Assembly (NCBI GenBank): GCA_002269645.1
Contig: NIVC01000137.1
Coordinates: 496,001 to 560,000 of the forward strand
Length of the DNA stretch: 64,000 nt
Origin: Macrostomum lignano
Taxonomy: Eukaryota
Direction: 5' to 3'
Below the pieces are notes generated by a model. That model was not told the DNA's origin. It did no database searches and saw only the letters and a list, made by a program, of their open reading frames with translations. Shown piece after piece: positions 25,283 to 38,266 of this stretch. The translations under genes were made by a program, and so were the position numbers. The stretch's first letter is position 1. Each line of letters opens with the position of its first letter.

Positions 25283-26224
25283 GTCCGGGAAAAATTGTTT
25301 ACAGTCTGGCAATTATTTACATGTAGGCTTGTATCAATTTGATGCATTTGCATTCAATTATTGGATTTGATGAAATGAAATTAATGAAAAAAGAATGCCA
25401 ATAAAAGTTCAAATCGAGTATATGTACGAATACGATTATATATATATATATAGAGGACTTAAGCATACTTGTTAACTGACAGCTGATTATATCAGATAAT
25501 ACTATATTTAAACGGTGCTTGCATTTAGAAAATTTGTGGCAAATTATCGATCGGGGCCTGAAATCTGTCGCCTCGCAGCTCAGTTAAATCGTGTTGTTTG
25601 TTATTGGTTGAGCTAAATGCACCACAATTATCCATTGATTATATTCAATAATTGGTTGTTAGGTTAGTTAAATTTACGACTACACAGTAGACACAAAAAG
25701 TATGCAATTAATTACACATCGAAGCGGACGAGGTGCCAGTTTTAAATGTTTAAATGAACAATTCATGCCAGATGCCTTGCACACGGAGCAGAAAAAGAGT
25801 AACAGCAAAAAAAATACAGCGGTTTTAATTTCAAGTGCCAATGATAATTAATGTTAATTAATCGACCATTGGGGAATTATAAAAACTAAAGAAAAAAGAA
25901 GAATCAGTTTTTGTTCATTCTATGCCATTAATAAGCAAATAAAAGCAGTGTTTACAAACAAGCAAGTTGACACAAATATATATATAGAAATATATAAACA
26001 CGCGAGGCAGCCTCAGAGTTCGCGTGGAGCAGGACTAGGTTAAAAAATGTTACAATGAAAATTACAATAAGATTATAAACATTCAATACAATTGCCATCT
26101 CTGATTCCGACAAGATGCTTCAAATAACAAGATATGTCACGAGCAAAAATGCGCTCATTTACTTTTCTCAGTAGCAAAATTAGCGTTTTTCTGTCTTTAT
26201 CTTAGTAGAATAAAAATTATTTGG

Positions 26225-26650
26225 CTGGGCACCAGATCGGGACTGCCCCCTAGGCTAACTTTCGTCCGTCTGACTTTGACCTCTCTCCTTACTGATCTCT
26301 CATTGGCTGAGCTAGATGGGGCCAGCCCCAAGGCTAACTTTCGTCCGCCAGACTTTGGCCTCTCTCCTTATTGCTCTCCCATTGGCTGAGCCAGATTGGC
26401 CCAGCCCCCCTAGGCTAACTTTCGTGCGTCTGACTTTGACCTCTCTCCTTACTGCTCTCTCATTGGCTGAGCCAGCCCCTAGACTAACTTTCGTCCGTCT
26501 GACTTTGACCTCTTTTCTTACTGCTCTCTCATTGGCGGAGCGCCAGATTGGGCCTGCCCTATAGGCTAACTTTTGTCCGTCTGACTTTGACCTCTCTCCT
26601 TACTGCTCTCTCATTGGCTGAGCTAGATTGGACCAGCCCCCTAGGCAAAC
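26225..26650. repeat. ~75-bp tandem repeat (~5 copies)
   Basis: Repeated CCCCTAGGCTAACTTTCGTCCGTCTGACTTTGACCTCTCTCCTTACTGCTCTCTCATTGGCTGAG. Confidence 0.88.
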
Positions 26651-27109
26651 TTTCGTCTGTCTTGCGTTCACTTGTGTACACAAGATGGTTGTTTGTTGCT
26701 CATTCTCCACCAATATGCTGCCGAGGCCGCAAATCCGTAGGAAGAAAAAAAGAAATTTCAGCTGTCACATTAAATTTAAGTGACACTGCGCAGAGAAACT
26801 ACTGAAAAAGGTAGCGCTTAACTTTTTATCTATTTTAATCGCGAGTGACATTTCTAATTATTCTAATATCTGTACTGATGACGGATGTACCAAAACAAGC
26901 TTTTATCAGTATCACTGCAGAAGTTTGAACAGACACTAGGATAAACATGAAGAGGATTTAGGGTGCACAATAGTTAATAGCAATGTCGCGCGATGGTTGC
27001 GGTACGGCCTATATTAAAGCTATCAACCTATGAAATATAAATTGCACCAAACTATCACATATTATATGGAACTATGATTTTTCATGACCCACTGCCTCAT
27101 GGTATCAAA

Positions 27110-27355
27110 CTATGGTTTATTCTGTGAAACTATGACCTATTCTGTGAAACTATGACCTATTCTGTGAAACTATGACCTATTCTGTGAAACTATGACCTAT
27201 TCTGTGAAACGATGACCTATTCTGTGAAACTATGACCTATTCCGTCAAACCATGACCTATTCTGTCAAACTATGACCTATTCTGTCAAACCTTTGACCTA
27301 TTCTGTCAAACTATGACCTATTCTGTCAAACTATGACCTATTCTGTCAAAATATG
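27110..27355. repeat. 20-bp minisatellite (TATGACCTATTCTGTGAAAC), ~11 copies
   Basis: Direct tandem copies. Confidence 0.93.
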
Positions 27356-27564
27356 ATACACAGTTGAACTACGACCCCATTATTAAACTATGAACAATAT
27401 TTTATCAAACTATAAACTAGCTAAAAGGTTAAATTAGCGTAATTAAACTTTATTTAAACAGAGAACATAAAACTCAAAGCGCAGACAGCACACGTACATG
27501 ATAACACCCATAACTACAAGCTAGCCGTAGGGAATGTCCAGTTAATCTATATTAACAAAAGCAG

Positions 27565-28297
27565 TTACAGTCGCACAGAGCTGGCCGCATTCGAAGACAC
27601 CGAAGCGCCAGTGTGCTGGCCGTGCAACCATTGAAGCAGAAATTCGCAAGCAAACTGATCCAGCATTGGCGGATTGCCAGACAGCTCTGGGCGCTGTTTA
27701 AGCAGCTCATTGCGGATGTGCACAAACTGCATCGGGTATTGCGCCTTCAATAAGCTGATCTGCTGCTGTTGCTGTTGCTGCTGCTGCAGAAGAAGCCTTT
27801 GTTGTTGTTGCTGCTGCTGCTGCTGATTTAGAGAGGCCGAACCAGCAGGCGGAGCTGGGGTCAGTTGCGGCGGACCTCCGGCCCGATTTCGGGCTTGCTG
27901 ACGCGAGGCACCACCGCTGCTTCCAGCTCGCATGGATTGCTGCTGCTGCTGCATCTGCTGCCATTGCTGCATGCGCAGCTGCTGCTGGTACATCTGCTGA
28001 GCATAGGCCATGCTGGCTGCGGCAGCTGCAGAGGCGCCCGATTGATTCTGCTGCTGAGGCGGCGGAGGCGGCGGTCGATAAGTTCGCTCGTCTTCGTATT
28101 CGCGCCAGGCTTCGCGACGCTCCTCTTCGGTGAGCACCTCGCTCTCGATGTTCTCCAGCAGCGAGTCGTGCAAGTGGTAGCGAGAGATCCAGCGGGCCTC
28201 CTTGGCGAGTAGGTCTGTGTTGCGAAATAATCGGATTGAAAAAAGTAAACCTATTATTGCTAGTATTGTTAGTCATTTAGGTTAGAAACACAGACAT

Positions 28298-28346
<49 letters not shown>

Positions 28347-28391
28347 AAGATAGGCAGGCAGACAAACAGACAGACAGGCAGAAAGACACTA

Positions 28392-28446
<55 letters not shown>

Positions 28447-28507
28447 TAGACAGACAGACAGACAGATAGACAGACAGACAGACAGACAGATAGAAAGACA
28501 GACAGAC

Positions 28508-28574
<67 letters not shown>

Positions 28575-28687
28575 TAGACAGACCGACAGATAGACAGACA
28601 GACAGACCGACAGACAGATAGACAGACAGACAGAAAGATAGGCAGGCAGACAAACAGACAGACAGGCAGAAAGACACTAAGACACTA

Positions 28688-28782
<95 letters not shown>

Positions 28783-28806
28783 TAGACAGACAGACAGACA
28801 GACAGG

Positions 28807-28837
<31 letters not shown>

Positions 28838-28839
28838 GC

Positions 28840-28878
<39 letters not shown>

Positions 28879-31800
28879 TAGACAAACAGACAGACAGAGA
28901 GACAGAAAGACAGACAGACAGACAGACAGACAGACACAGACAGACAGTATCCTCACCAGCCAGAATGCCGTCCTTGGGCAGCACAAACCGGGTGGCGGGG
29001 TCGGAGTCGGGGTCGAAGGTGTCCACATTAAGCGTGTACAGCTGGATCAGGTCGTCAGCTTTGAAATGCCGATCGATCTGATGCTCGTCGACCACCCGCT
29101 GGCTGAGGGACTGCTTGGTGACCTGCCTGTCGTAAATCTTCTCCTCCATGGTGCCCTGGGCCACCAGGCGATAGACGTACACAGGTTTGGTCTGGCCGAA
29201 CCGGTAGGTGCGAAAAATTGACTGAATATCGTGCGACGGATTCCAGCTGACGTCGAAGATGACCACCCGATTAGCCGCGGGGAGATTAACGCCTGGGATT
29301 AGCAAATTATAGGATGCGACATTATTTAAATTTAGTATCAATAAATGCCCCTAATATACTGATTATTGATTAATATGCCCGCAAATGGGAATCGAACTCA
29401 GGACCAGAAAGTTAAGCATAGTTGACAGCGGTTAGTTCGCTAATTTGCTAATCAGTAGGAACTGCGGACACCTGGGGGTTACGGACAAAACCAAGGCAAT
29501 TTTAAAGATCTGTCTTATTTATATAAAGCATAAAAAGTTTGTTCTAATGTTACACCTGAGACAGCAAGCAATCAAGCAAGGCAGAGGTCAGGCGCGGCGC
29601 TCTGATGCGCCAGCGGCCCAGGCTCGATTCCAAGTGCAGTCGCATTAATTTGGAGCTAAATTGGAATCAAACAACCCCCAAGGCACAGTGAAGTGTACAT
29701 GCCTAACGACAGATAAAGTTAGGGGCCGCTGTACACTCCTGTGTGAGTGTGTGCCTGTGCGTTTGACTGCGTACGTATCCGCGCGCTTGTGTGCCTGCTC
29801 AGGGGAGTCGGCGAAATGGGCAGCAATGCCTCTCGCCGGTTGTGTGACAATGTCGCTTAAAGTGCGCCAGGGTGCACAGCCCCCTACCTCTAAATGTCGC
29901 TAATGTCTGTCTAAATGACAATCTACCCGCTTCTCTAACTTCTGAGAAGCTTTGAGGTATGACTTTCATGAGTGTGACCCGGAACTCCCACTCACCCAGT
30001 CCGCCAGCCTTGGTGCTGATCAGAAACAGCCGCAGGCGAAGATCGTCCACCCTGTTGAAAGCCTCGGACATAGCCTTGCGAGTCTGTGCGGCAGTGGAGC
30101 CGTCCAGTCTCAGGTAGTCCCTGCCCTGCTCCCAGGAGTTGAACCCCAGCTCAGACCGGAACGGGGATCCTTCACCCAGGTCGTGAAATCGGCCAAGAAA
30201 ATGCTCAATAACATTCAGCGACAGCAGAGACTGTGAGAACACCAGCAGTTTGTCTCCAATATCGTTGCACATCTTCATGATGCTGAATAGGATGTACAGC
30301 TTGCCGCTGATGGACACATCATTGGCCATGTCCTCGTTGTAGAGCGAGTGCCACCACTCCTCCTGGGTGGAGGTGGGCGCCGGAGCCTCCGCGTCGCCAG
30401 TGAGGTCGATGGTCGGACTGCCCTGTCGGGTGTGCCGCGTCCGACGTACAACCGGCGCGGAGTCCGACTTATTCTTCGACTCTTTGTTTTGGTCTTTGTC
30501 ATCGTCGGAATTGTCGGAGCTGCTGGAACCGCTGTCTGATTCAGAATCTTCCTCTTCTTCATCATCGATAAAATCGGCTTCCTCTTCTTCGGATTCTTCT
30601 TTAAGCCGGCGGAGCAGCATCTCCTCTTCGTGCAGCTTCAGGGTGTAGGGGTGAGTCCACACCCGGTACAGGACTTGGTTGTCGGCGAATAGCGAGATGC
30701 CGCCCTGCGACAGTCGGGGCCGCACCTGGTCCAGGTAGGTCTGGTAGAGCTTGATCTGGAGGGCAGAGTTTGTGGCCGGTTTAGGGCGATTCTCATTGGC
30801 TGGTGTAGGGGCGATTCTCATTGGCTGGTGTAGGGGCGATTCTCATTGGCTGGTGTAGGGGCGATTTTCATTGGCTGGTGTAGGGGCGATTCTCATTGGC
30901 TGGTGTAGGGGCGATTTTCATTGGCTGGTGTAGGGGCGATTCTCATTGGCTGGTGTAGGGGCGATTCTCATTGGCTGGTGTAGGGGCGATTCTCATTGGC
31001 TGGTGTAGGGGCGATTCTCATTGGCTGGTGTAGGGGCGATTCTCATTGGCTGGTGTAGGGGCGTTTCTCATTGGCTGGTGTAGGGGCGATTCTCATTGGC
31101 TGGTGTAGGGGCGATTCTCATTGGCTGGTGCAGGGGCGATTCTCATTGGCTGGTGTAGGGGTGATTCTCATTGGCTGGTGTACGGGCGATTCTCATTTAC
31201 TGGTGTAGGGGCGATTCTCATTGGCTGGTGTAGGGGCGATTCTCATTGGCTGCTGCAGGGGCGATTCTCATTGGCTGGTGTAGGGGCGATTCTCATTGGC
31301 TGGTGTAGGAGCGATTCTCATTGGCTGGTGTAGGAGCGATTCTCATTGGCTGGTGTAGGGGCGATTCTCATTGGCTGGTGTAGGAACGATTGTCATTGGC
31401 TGGTGTAGGGGCGATTCTCATTGGCTGGTGTAGGAACGATTCTCATTGGCTGGTGTAGGGGCGATTCTCATTGGCTGGTGTAGGAACGATTCTCATTGGC
31501 TGGTGTAGGGGCGATTCTCATTGGCTGGTGTAGGAACGATTCTCATTGGCTGGTGTAGGGGCGATTCTCATTGGCTGGTGTAGGAACGATTCTCATTGGC
31601 TGGTGTAGGGGCGATTCTAATTGTCTGATGTAGGGGCGATTCTCATTGGCTGGTGTAGGGGCGATTCTCATTGGATGGTGTAGGGGCGATTCTCATTGGC
31701 TGGTATAGGGGCGATTCTTGGCAATTCTTAAAGGCGATAAAAATACGATTCTTGAAGATAAAAATGAAGCGATTCTACTCAGCAACACTACCAGAAAAAA

Positions 31801-34800
31801 GCAATTTAAAAAATGCTCTTAGGTTCCAAAGCTGCAACTTAAAAACAACAAAGATGAACATCCAGCCCTACCTGAACCTCGCTCAGCCTGACGCTAATGA
31901 TGTACTCGTACTTCGGCGGCAGGTACTTAGTCAGGGCCGAATAATCTCGCCGATGCACGCAACCGTCCAACATTTTGTGCAGCACGTGAGCTCGCCGTTT
32001 CATAACCCGAACGTCCAGAGCCGTACTGTCAGCGTGCTGCCCGTTCACAATGGGATTAACAAACCGATTAGCAAACTCCTTAGCTGTGCCCAGCAGATTC
32101 GGTTTGACAAAATTCACCATAGTGTAATATTCGTTCAGATTGTTCTGCAAAGGTGTCCCTGTCAGAACGATTCGCCGTCTAGTTCGCATCTCGTTCATCA
32201 CTTTGGCCAAGCCGGTGGAGCCCGACTTCAGGATGTGGCCTTCGTCGCAGACTACAACATCGGGGCCAGGGTCGAGCAGGGCCTGGGTTGGTGGGGAGGG
32301 GGTACAGGTAATTAGGTAGATAATACATGCCATTGAAGATTAGATTACAAATCAATACCTACTAGATAAGCACTGCTTCAAATGAAAACAAATAGTAATT
32401 TTCTAGATTAGCTAGTATCTTAATCTAATCTCGTCCTATAGATAAGCCACCAGTGTCTTGAATCTAATCTCATCCTGTAGTTTATTCAGTGACTTAATCT
32501 AATCTCATCCTGTAGATTATTCAGTGACTTAATGCAATCTCATTCTGTAGATTATTCAGTGACTTAATCTAATCTCATCCTGTAGATTATTTAGTGTCTT
32601 AGTCTAATCTCACCCTATATATTAGCCGAGTCTTAACCTAATCTCAACCTATAGATTAGCCGTGTCTTAATCTAATCTCACCCTATAGATTAACCAGTGT
32701 CTTCACCTAATCTCACCCTATAGATTAGCCTTGTCTTTACCTGATCTCACCCTATAGATTAGCCGTGTCTTAATCTTATCTTACCCTATTGATTAGCTTC
32801 ATCTGAATCAGAATCTCATCTCTAGATTAGCCTTATCTCTCAATGAGAATCTCATCCCTAGATTAGCGCCATCAATCAGAATCTTATTCTTAGATATTAA
32901 AAACAATTTTGAAGCAATACCTGACGAAAAATTTCGCGATTCTTCTTCTGCCGAATATTCCGTCCCGAGGCCAAGTTTCTAAACATATCGTAGTTGACAA
33001 TGAGCACCCCGCCATTGCGCAGGAAGCCCTGACAGTGTGCTAGTCGCATTTTATTATCCTTCACCGTGGCAATCTCCTGCACATCAACAATGTCATCCTC
33101 TGACGAGTCCTCAAGCCACATGCGAAATTCGTTACGCCAATTAAGCACGGTATTCAACGGGCAGACAATCAGAGCGGAACGAACTTTCAGCTTATCCGGA
33201 TACCGAAACAGCGTGTGCAAGAATGAAATGGTCGACAGAGTCTTGCCAAGCCCCATACAGTGAGCCAGAATACAGCCTGAGCCTTCCGGCTGTCGCTTGA
33301 ACTGCTCCAGACTTTCATAGAGACACTCGTACTGAAACTGCACCGCTTCAACCTGATGCGGCTTTAGTTTGGTGCAAATATTCGGACTGACTTCAATCAC
33401 TGGCTCGCGTGTCTCCGGATTCCGTTCCAGCACCAGCTGTTTAGTGATGACAATCTGATTCGGGCCGCTATCATCTAGCACCTCTTGCACAATGTTCTCA
33501 TTGTATTTCCGTTGCATTTCAGCGACTCGCCGTCTGCGATCTTTCTCAGCTAGTTCGGCTTCTTTAGTGACGCTGCTGAGTTTATTAACCTTCATAATGC
33601 GCTTGATATTGCGCCGTCCAGTTGCCTTGTCCTCGTCGTCCTCGTCGTCTTCTTCTTGGTCGCCGACGTCGGCAATTCGTTCGTCGTCCGAAGTTTTCTT
33701 CTTTTTCTTGCCGATTTCAACAAAGTCCTCGTCGCTATCCTCTCTGTCGGCCGCTGATTTGTCCGTCTTGCGGCGCTTGCCAAAGCGGCCACCGCCTCCG
33801 CCGCCGCCACCGCGACTTTTTCGAACTTCGCCATCATCCGAATCGGAATCGTCCAGCAAAACAACTCGCTTTCCTTGCTGTTGCTTCTTTTTATCGCTGT
33901 CTTTCTTGGAATTTTTGCTGTGCTTCTTTTTCCCGGAATCTTCACTGTCGGACATGCGGAAATCCGACACGGCCGAGTTCTCAGAGGCGTCGTCATCCAC
34001 CGATGCCTCCTTGTCGTCAGCGTCATCATCACTGGCTTCGTTCGAAAAGTCCGAAGAGTCAAACAGCATGTTGTTTTTGCCTTTCTTCTTTTTCTTTTCG
34101 GCCTCTCGTTGCTTTTTCCTCAGTTTCTGTTGAGACGCGCGAATCTCGTCTTGCAGTCGATCAACCTCATCGTCAGACGAAGTGAACAGGCTCAGCTTCT
34201 CAGAGGAGGCGTCACTGCCATCGTCGGATGACGCGACTTTACGACGATCGCGTTTGGAACGACGCTTGTCGCCATCGTCGCTGTCTTCAGTCTGCTTGTT
34301 CCTCTTGCGCTTCTTACTGCGATCCGACTCTTTTAATTCATTCTTATCTCGCTTCTTTTTCTTAGTAGCTTTGTCATCGTCATCATCATCTGAGTCGGCT
34401 TGCTCATCCGACTGGGACTTCTTCGATTGGCGCTTCTTTGAACCTCGCTTAGCAGCAGCCGAAACAAAATCATCGTCCGAGTTGTCCTCATTGTCCAGCT
34501 CGTCGTCGCTGTCGCTAGATTTTGCTGATTTCTTCTTTTTAGTCTGCTGAGCAGCCTTCGATTTCGCTTGTCTCGGCTTGTTGCGCCGCTGTTCATTGGA
34601 TGAACTGTCGTCATCTGATCGGCCATCATCCCCGTTAACTTTGCCACGGGTCTTTTTCTGCTGCTCAGGTGAAACTTTCTTCTTCGATTTATCTTTGGCA
34701 GTCTTTCCGCTAGGCCCATCAGACGAGCTATCAGAATCGCTTCCAGCGCTATCACCGCCCTTGCCTTTGTCTTTCTGAACAACGGATGGCTTTGTCTTAG

Positions 34801-35782
34801 CCAATCTAGGCTTATTTCGTCGGCGACTTTCATTGTCTTCGTCGCTGTCATCGGCGCTGCCGACAGTTTCAACTTTTGCCGCAGTACGAGGCCTTAGGCG
34901 GCTTGACTCAGAGTTGGAAACCGCTGTGGAGGAGCCAGCCGCACTAATAGCAGCGCATGATGTCTTATCAAACACTGGAGAGGCGCACTCGCTGCCGTTA
35001 GCAGTTTGCAGAACATCGTCAGCCAATTCTGGCTCAGACGGTGTTCGGTCTTCTGCTTCAATTGAAGCTTCTGCTGGCTCAGCATCGGCTAGAGCCTCAG
35101 CCTCCGACTCAGAGCTAATTAGCACAGCAGGCTCAGCTATCTCATCTTCAATATCAGGTTCAGCCCGTTTCGAACTGGAAACTTTAGGCGTCTCTTTCAT
35201 TCGACGACGCGAAGGCGGTTTCGACTGTACAGGGGTCTCTTTCTGCCGCTTCTCCTGCTCAGAATTATTTTCCAACTCAACGTCTTCATCTGCATCAGCA
35301 AAGTTTGAGCCGCTGCCAGTTGGATTAATACCTTCAATCACTTGATCGGCTAGTTCAAGCTCGCGCTCAATATCGCTTAGATGCGGCGACGATCTATCAT
35401 GATTTAATTCTTCATCATCACCAGCTTCTTCAATGTTGTCTTCATCATTATTATTCTCGTTTTCTACATCACTGTCGTCATCAGCACCATTTTGCATCTC
35501 TTCTTGATTAGCCTCCTCATCTGTCGTCGGCAGCTCATCCTCGTCCATGCCGTCGATGCTAGATTGACGTTCGGTACGTCGCATTTGCTTTTTCTTTATA
35601 CGACGTTGAAGAAAAACACTTTCCTCTGTTCCACCTGCATCTTCTGGCTTCTGTTCTAATTCTACACTGTCATCAACATTAATATCAGCCTCCATATTTT
35701 CCTCATCATCATCATCACTGTCAAATTCTGATGCGATTTCGTCTTCATCACTGGCTGAAGAATCCGGAGCGGGTCGCTTCAT
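27565..35782 (-). CDS. ATRX: ATRX/XNP-type SNF2 chromatin-remodelling ATPase, 5 exons, ~1670 aa
   Basis: Exons 35782-32921, 32282-31872, 30755-29996, 29292-28957 and 28214-27565, all phase-compatible (5019 nt). Motifs [95 protein letters not shown]|[32 protein letters not shown], and the ATRX-specific HDSLLE..E.E.LTEEERR.AW.EYE. The start ATG is inferred. Confidence 0.92.
28285..28946. repeat. (CAGA)n tetranucleotide microsatellite, ATRX intron 4
   Basis: About 660 bp run. Confidence 0.97.
29570..29880 (+). mobile_element. SINE-like repeat family B, copy in ATRX intron 3
   Basis: tRNA-like head with GGCTCGATTCC B-box. Shares its body with the inverted copy at 5730-6010. Confidence 0.65.
30778..31720. 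repeat. 25-bp minisatellite (CTCATTGGCTGGTGTAGGGGCGATT), ~37 copies, ATRX intron 2
   Basis: Direct tandem copies. Confidence 0.96.
32410..32895. repeat. Degenerate ~34-bp minisatellite, ATRX intron 1
   Basis: Repeated ATCTAATCTCACCCTATAGATTAGCCGTGTCTTA-like units. Confidence 0.85.
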
Positions 35783-36803
35783 AGAGCATCGACGCAGGTA
35801 GCTGGCGTGCTGCAGAGCCGTTTTAGCGGCCTCGCTGTCGGCATGGCTGATCACAACTGCCGGATAGCAGAAGTCGCTCAGCTTCCAGTCGAAATCCAGC
35901 AAGAATTCAAAATTAAATAATGACGACGTAGTAGCAATACAGTTATAACCACGTAGGAATACTAAACCTTACCGGCTTATACTAATTTCAGAAACATAGG
36001 ATAACCTGCTGGATTTACGAGTACTGTTAGGCGAAACTACGTGCACCCGCTCACTACCTCGAAAAATAATTTTTTTATTTAAATTAATATTTAATAAAAA
36101 AATAATAAGTTGGTGAGTGGCTGCCTCTAGTTACCGATATATACGTACCTTCATAGATACTAAATCCACCTTTACTAATACACAATTAGCGATTGATACA
36201 GGTTTCTTTTTATTTCCTAATGATTTAATTTGATTTGAGACCATAGCAAAATGGCGTGACCACATGTCTAAACTGATTTGACACATCTAGGGACTTTAGG
36301 ATGTGTGATGACGAGTTAAACTGTTCAATCGATTTTTGTTTTAATATAGCCTGTCAAATATTGCTATGGAAGGTTGGACCATAGACAGCGTAACTAAGCC
36401 ACCAATGGCGAATGTTTTAAATGAAAGGGTGTAGCTATATAAACCCAAACAAAAAATCTTAAAATGAGTAACGAAAAGAATTAACAGAAAAAACAACCAG
36501 TTTGTAAAAGAAGGAAAAAAGCCAAGATTCAATTTATATTGATTTTGAAAATTCTAATATTTTTGGAAACAGCGCTACAGCAAAAGTGTTTGTTTGAAAA
36601 AAAACAAATAATAAATAATAGTGGAGGCAATTTGATCCTACTAACAAGCAATTCAATAATCAGTGGGGAAGGCAACGCTTAAAGACAGACTTCAATAGTC
36701 TATGATCCAAACCGGAGATCTTTAGAACAACCAATTTACTAAAGTAATGATCAGAGAACCTATTGAATCATTGATTCACTGTACTGAGCATGTTCCAGAA
36801 ATC

Positions 36804-37001
36804 TCAAATTTCTTCAGCCTCCAGTCTTTGAGCAAACTCGCCACTCTGCAGTTCCTCCAGAAATCGAGTCGCAGATTCGGATGTTACCGAATACAACTCC
36901 TCTGTTGATAATCCGGATATCATTTGATCCGGCAGATTCGCCAAGTTCAACATTCTTAAGAAATCGCTTACAGAGTGGTAATTAAGTCGCCGAAGGTCTT
37001 T
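36804..37001 (-). CDS. Possible orphan terminal exon (65 aa)
   Basis: After TGTTTAG the frame reads KDLRRLNYHSVSDFLRMLNLANLPDQMISGLSTEELYSVTSESATRFLEELQSGEFAQRLEAEEI*. No partner exon could be assigned. Confidence 0.25.
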   Translation of the reverse strand, partial: KDLRRLNYHSVSDFLRMLNLANLPDQMISGLSTEELYSVTSESATRFLEELQSGEFAQRLEAEEI

Positions 37002-38266
37002 CTAAACAGAACATGAATTTCTTGCGTTCCTCTCATACAAACACTGAACAAAACTTTCCTTGTCCCTCTTTCCTAAATTTAGTCTATGGCGCAACTCTCT
37101 ATCCATCAGCGAATCAGAAACAGCTTCTACCATAGATTAACACCCAGCCTATCCCTAACAAAGAGCCCAAAAAATTCTACATTGTCCACAAGGCACAGCC
37201 TGGAATTTTCTTGCACTTGCAAGTTAAAGACAATAAAATTATACAACATTGGCTCTATAACTATAAACAAATAGTTTACGAGACTTCAATAAGTATATCA
37301 TTTAAACTTAATCAAAGTATGCAAAGCTATATGGCACTCAAGGAGAAGAAAATGAATGTATGTGGTAATTTTGTAGAGAAAGCGACTTCTAATTTGTCTA
37401 AGCAAGTGAAATTCGTAAGTACAAATACAGACTGATCATAAAATGTCTTTGCTTTGTCTAATGATAATTTTAAGAAAGAAAGTGAGTTTTGTTCGACTGT
37501 TGTCAGACATGCCCTAAATGAGACTGTTATCTGTAGATTTCTCTTTTATTTGTATTTTGTGTCATTTTTTCAACACGGTCGAGATTGATGACAACTTGCA
37601 GTTGAACTGGACATCAAAAATACAATTGTCAATGAAATCATCAGATGTCAGAAGTGTGTCTGATTTTAACAAGCGTGGAGGTGCAGTAGATGCTCGGTGT
37701 GTTGAAGAGGTATATTAAGAAGTCAAAAGCTTGTTGCTGATTTTTCTGCTTGTGATAAAGGACCATAGATAAACGATGACTTCACGGAGATTGGATAGTG
37801 GCGTTACAAGAGGCCAGATCCGTACATATGACATAAGTGTTGAAGGCTTACGAATTTGAATTCACTTTATATATGCACGCAATATATGCTCTAGCAATAT
37901 ACAATTAACAAGTTCTTGCTACCTGCAAAACATGCAAGAAGTGTAATGAATGGTTTTAAAAACCATATGCAGTTAACATGTAACTTGTAAACATCCAATG
38001 GTAAGGCACTTGAACTGGCAGTCACAATCAAATATTTTCATACCGATTATGATATTGGACGTCGTCAGTAGAACTAGAAACTGAGGATCTGGGAGGGTGT
38101 CAGTAGGAATTTTAAAGTTGGGACTTTATTAAAGTACACAATAATTATTGAGCCTGTGTAAAACGAGTTTTCAAAAATCATACGCAAAAGTCAGGAATAT
38201 GTAAACTAACGCGATACTTGGGATGAATTATGGCAGCTTGAAAATAAAAAGAATTTTGATAGAAAA

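Noticed and set aside
24956-25370. 14-aa repeat ORFs (VYTWTELGVLSGAG)
   Set aside because: A 42-bp minisatellite open on both strands, with no start context or synonymous variation to suggest coding.
28282-29028. 248-aa (SVCL)n ORF
   Set aside because: Translation of the (CAGA)n microsatellite in ATRX intron 4.
33066-35345. Plus-strand Ser/Phe-rich ORFs
   Set aside because: Antisense shadows of the Asp/Glu/Lys-rich ATRX exon 1.
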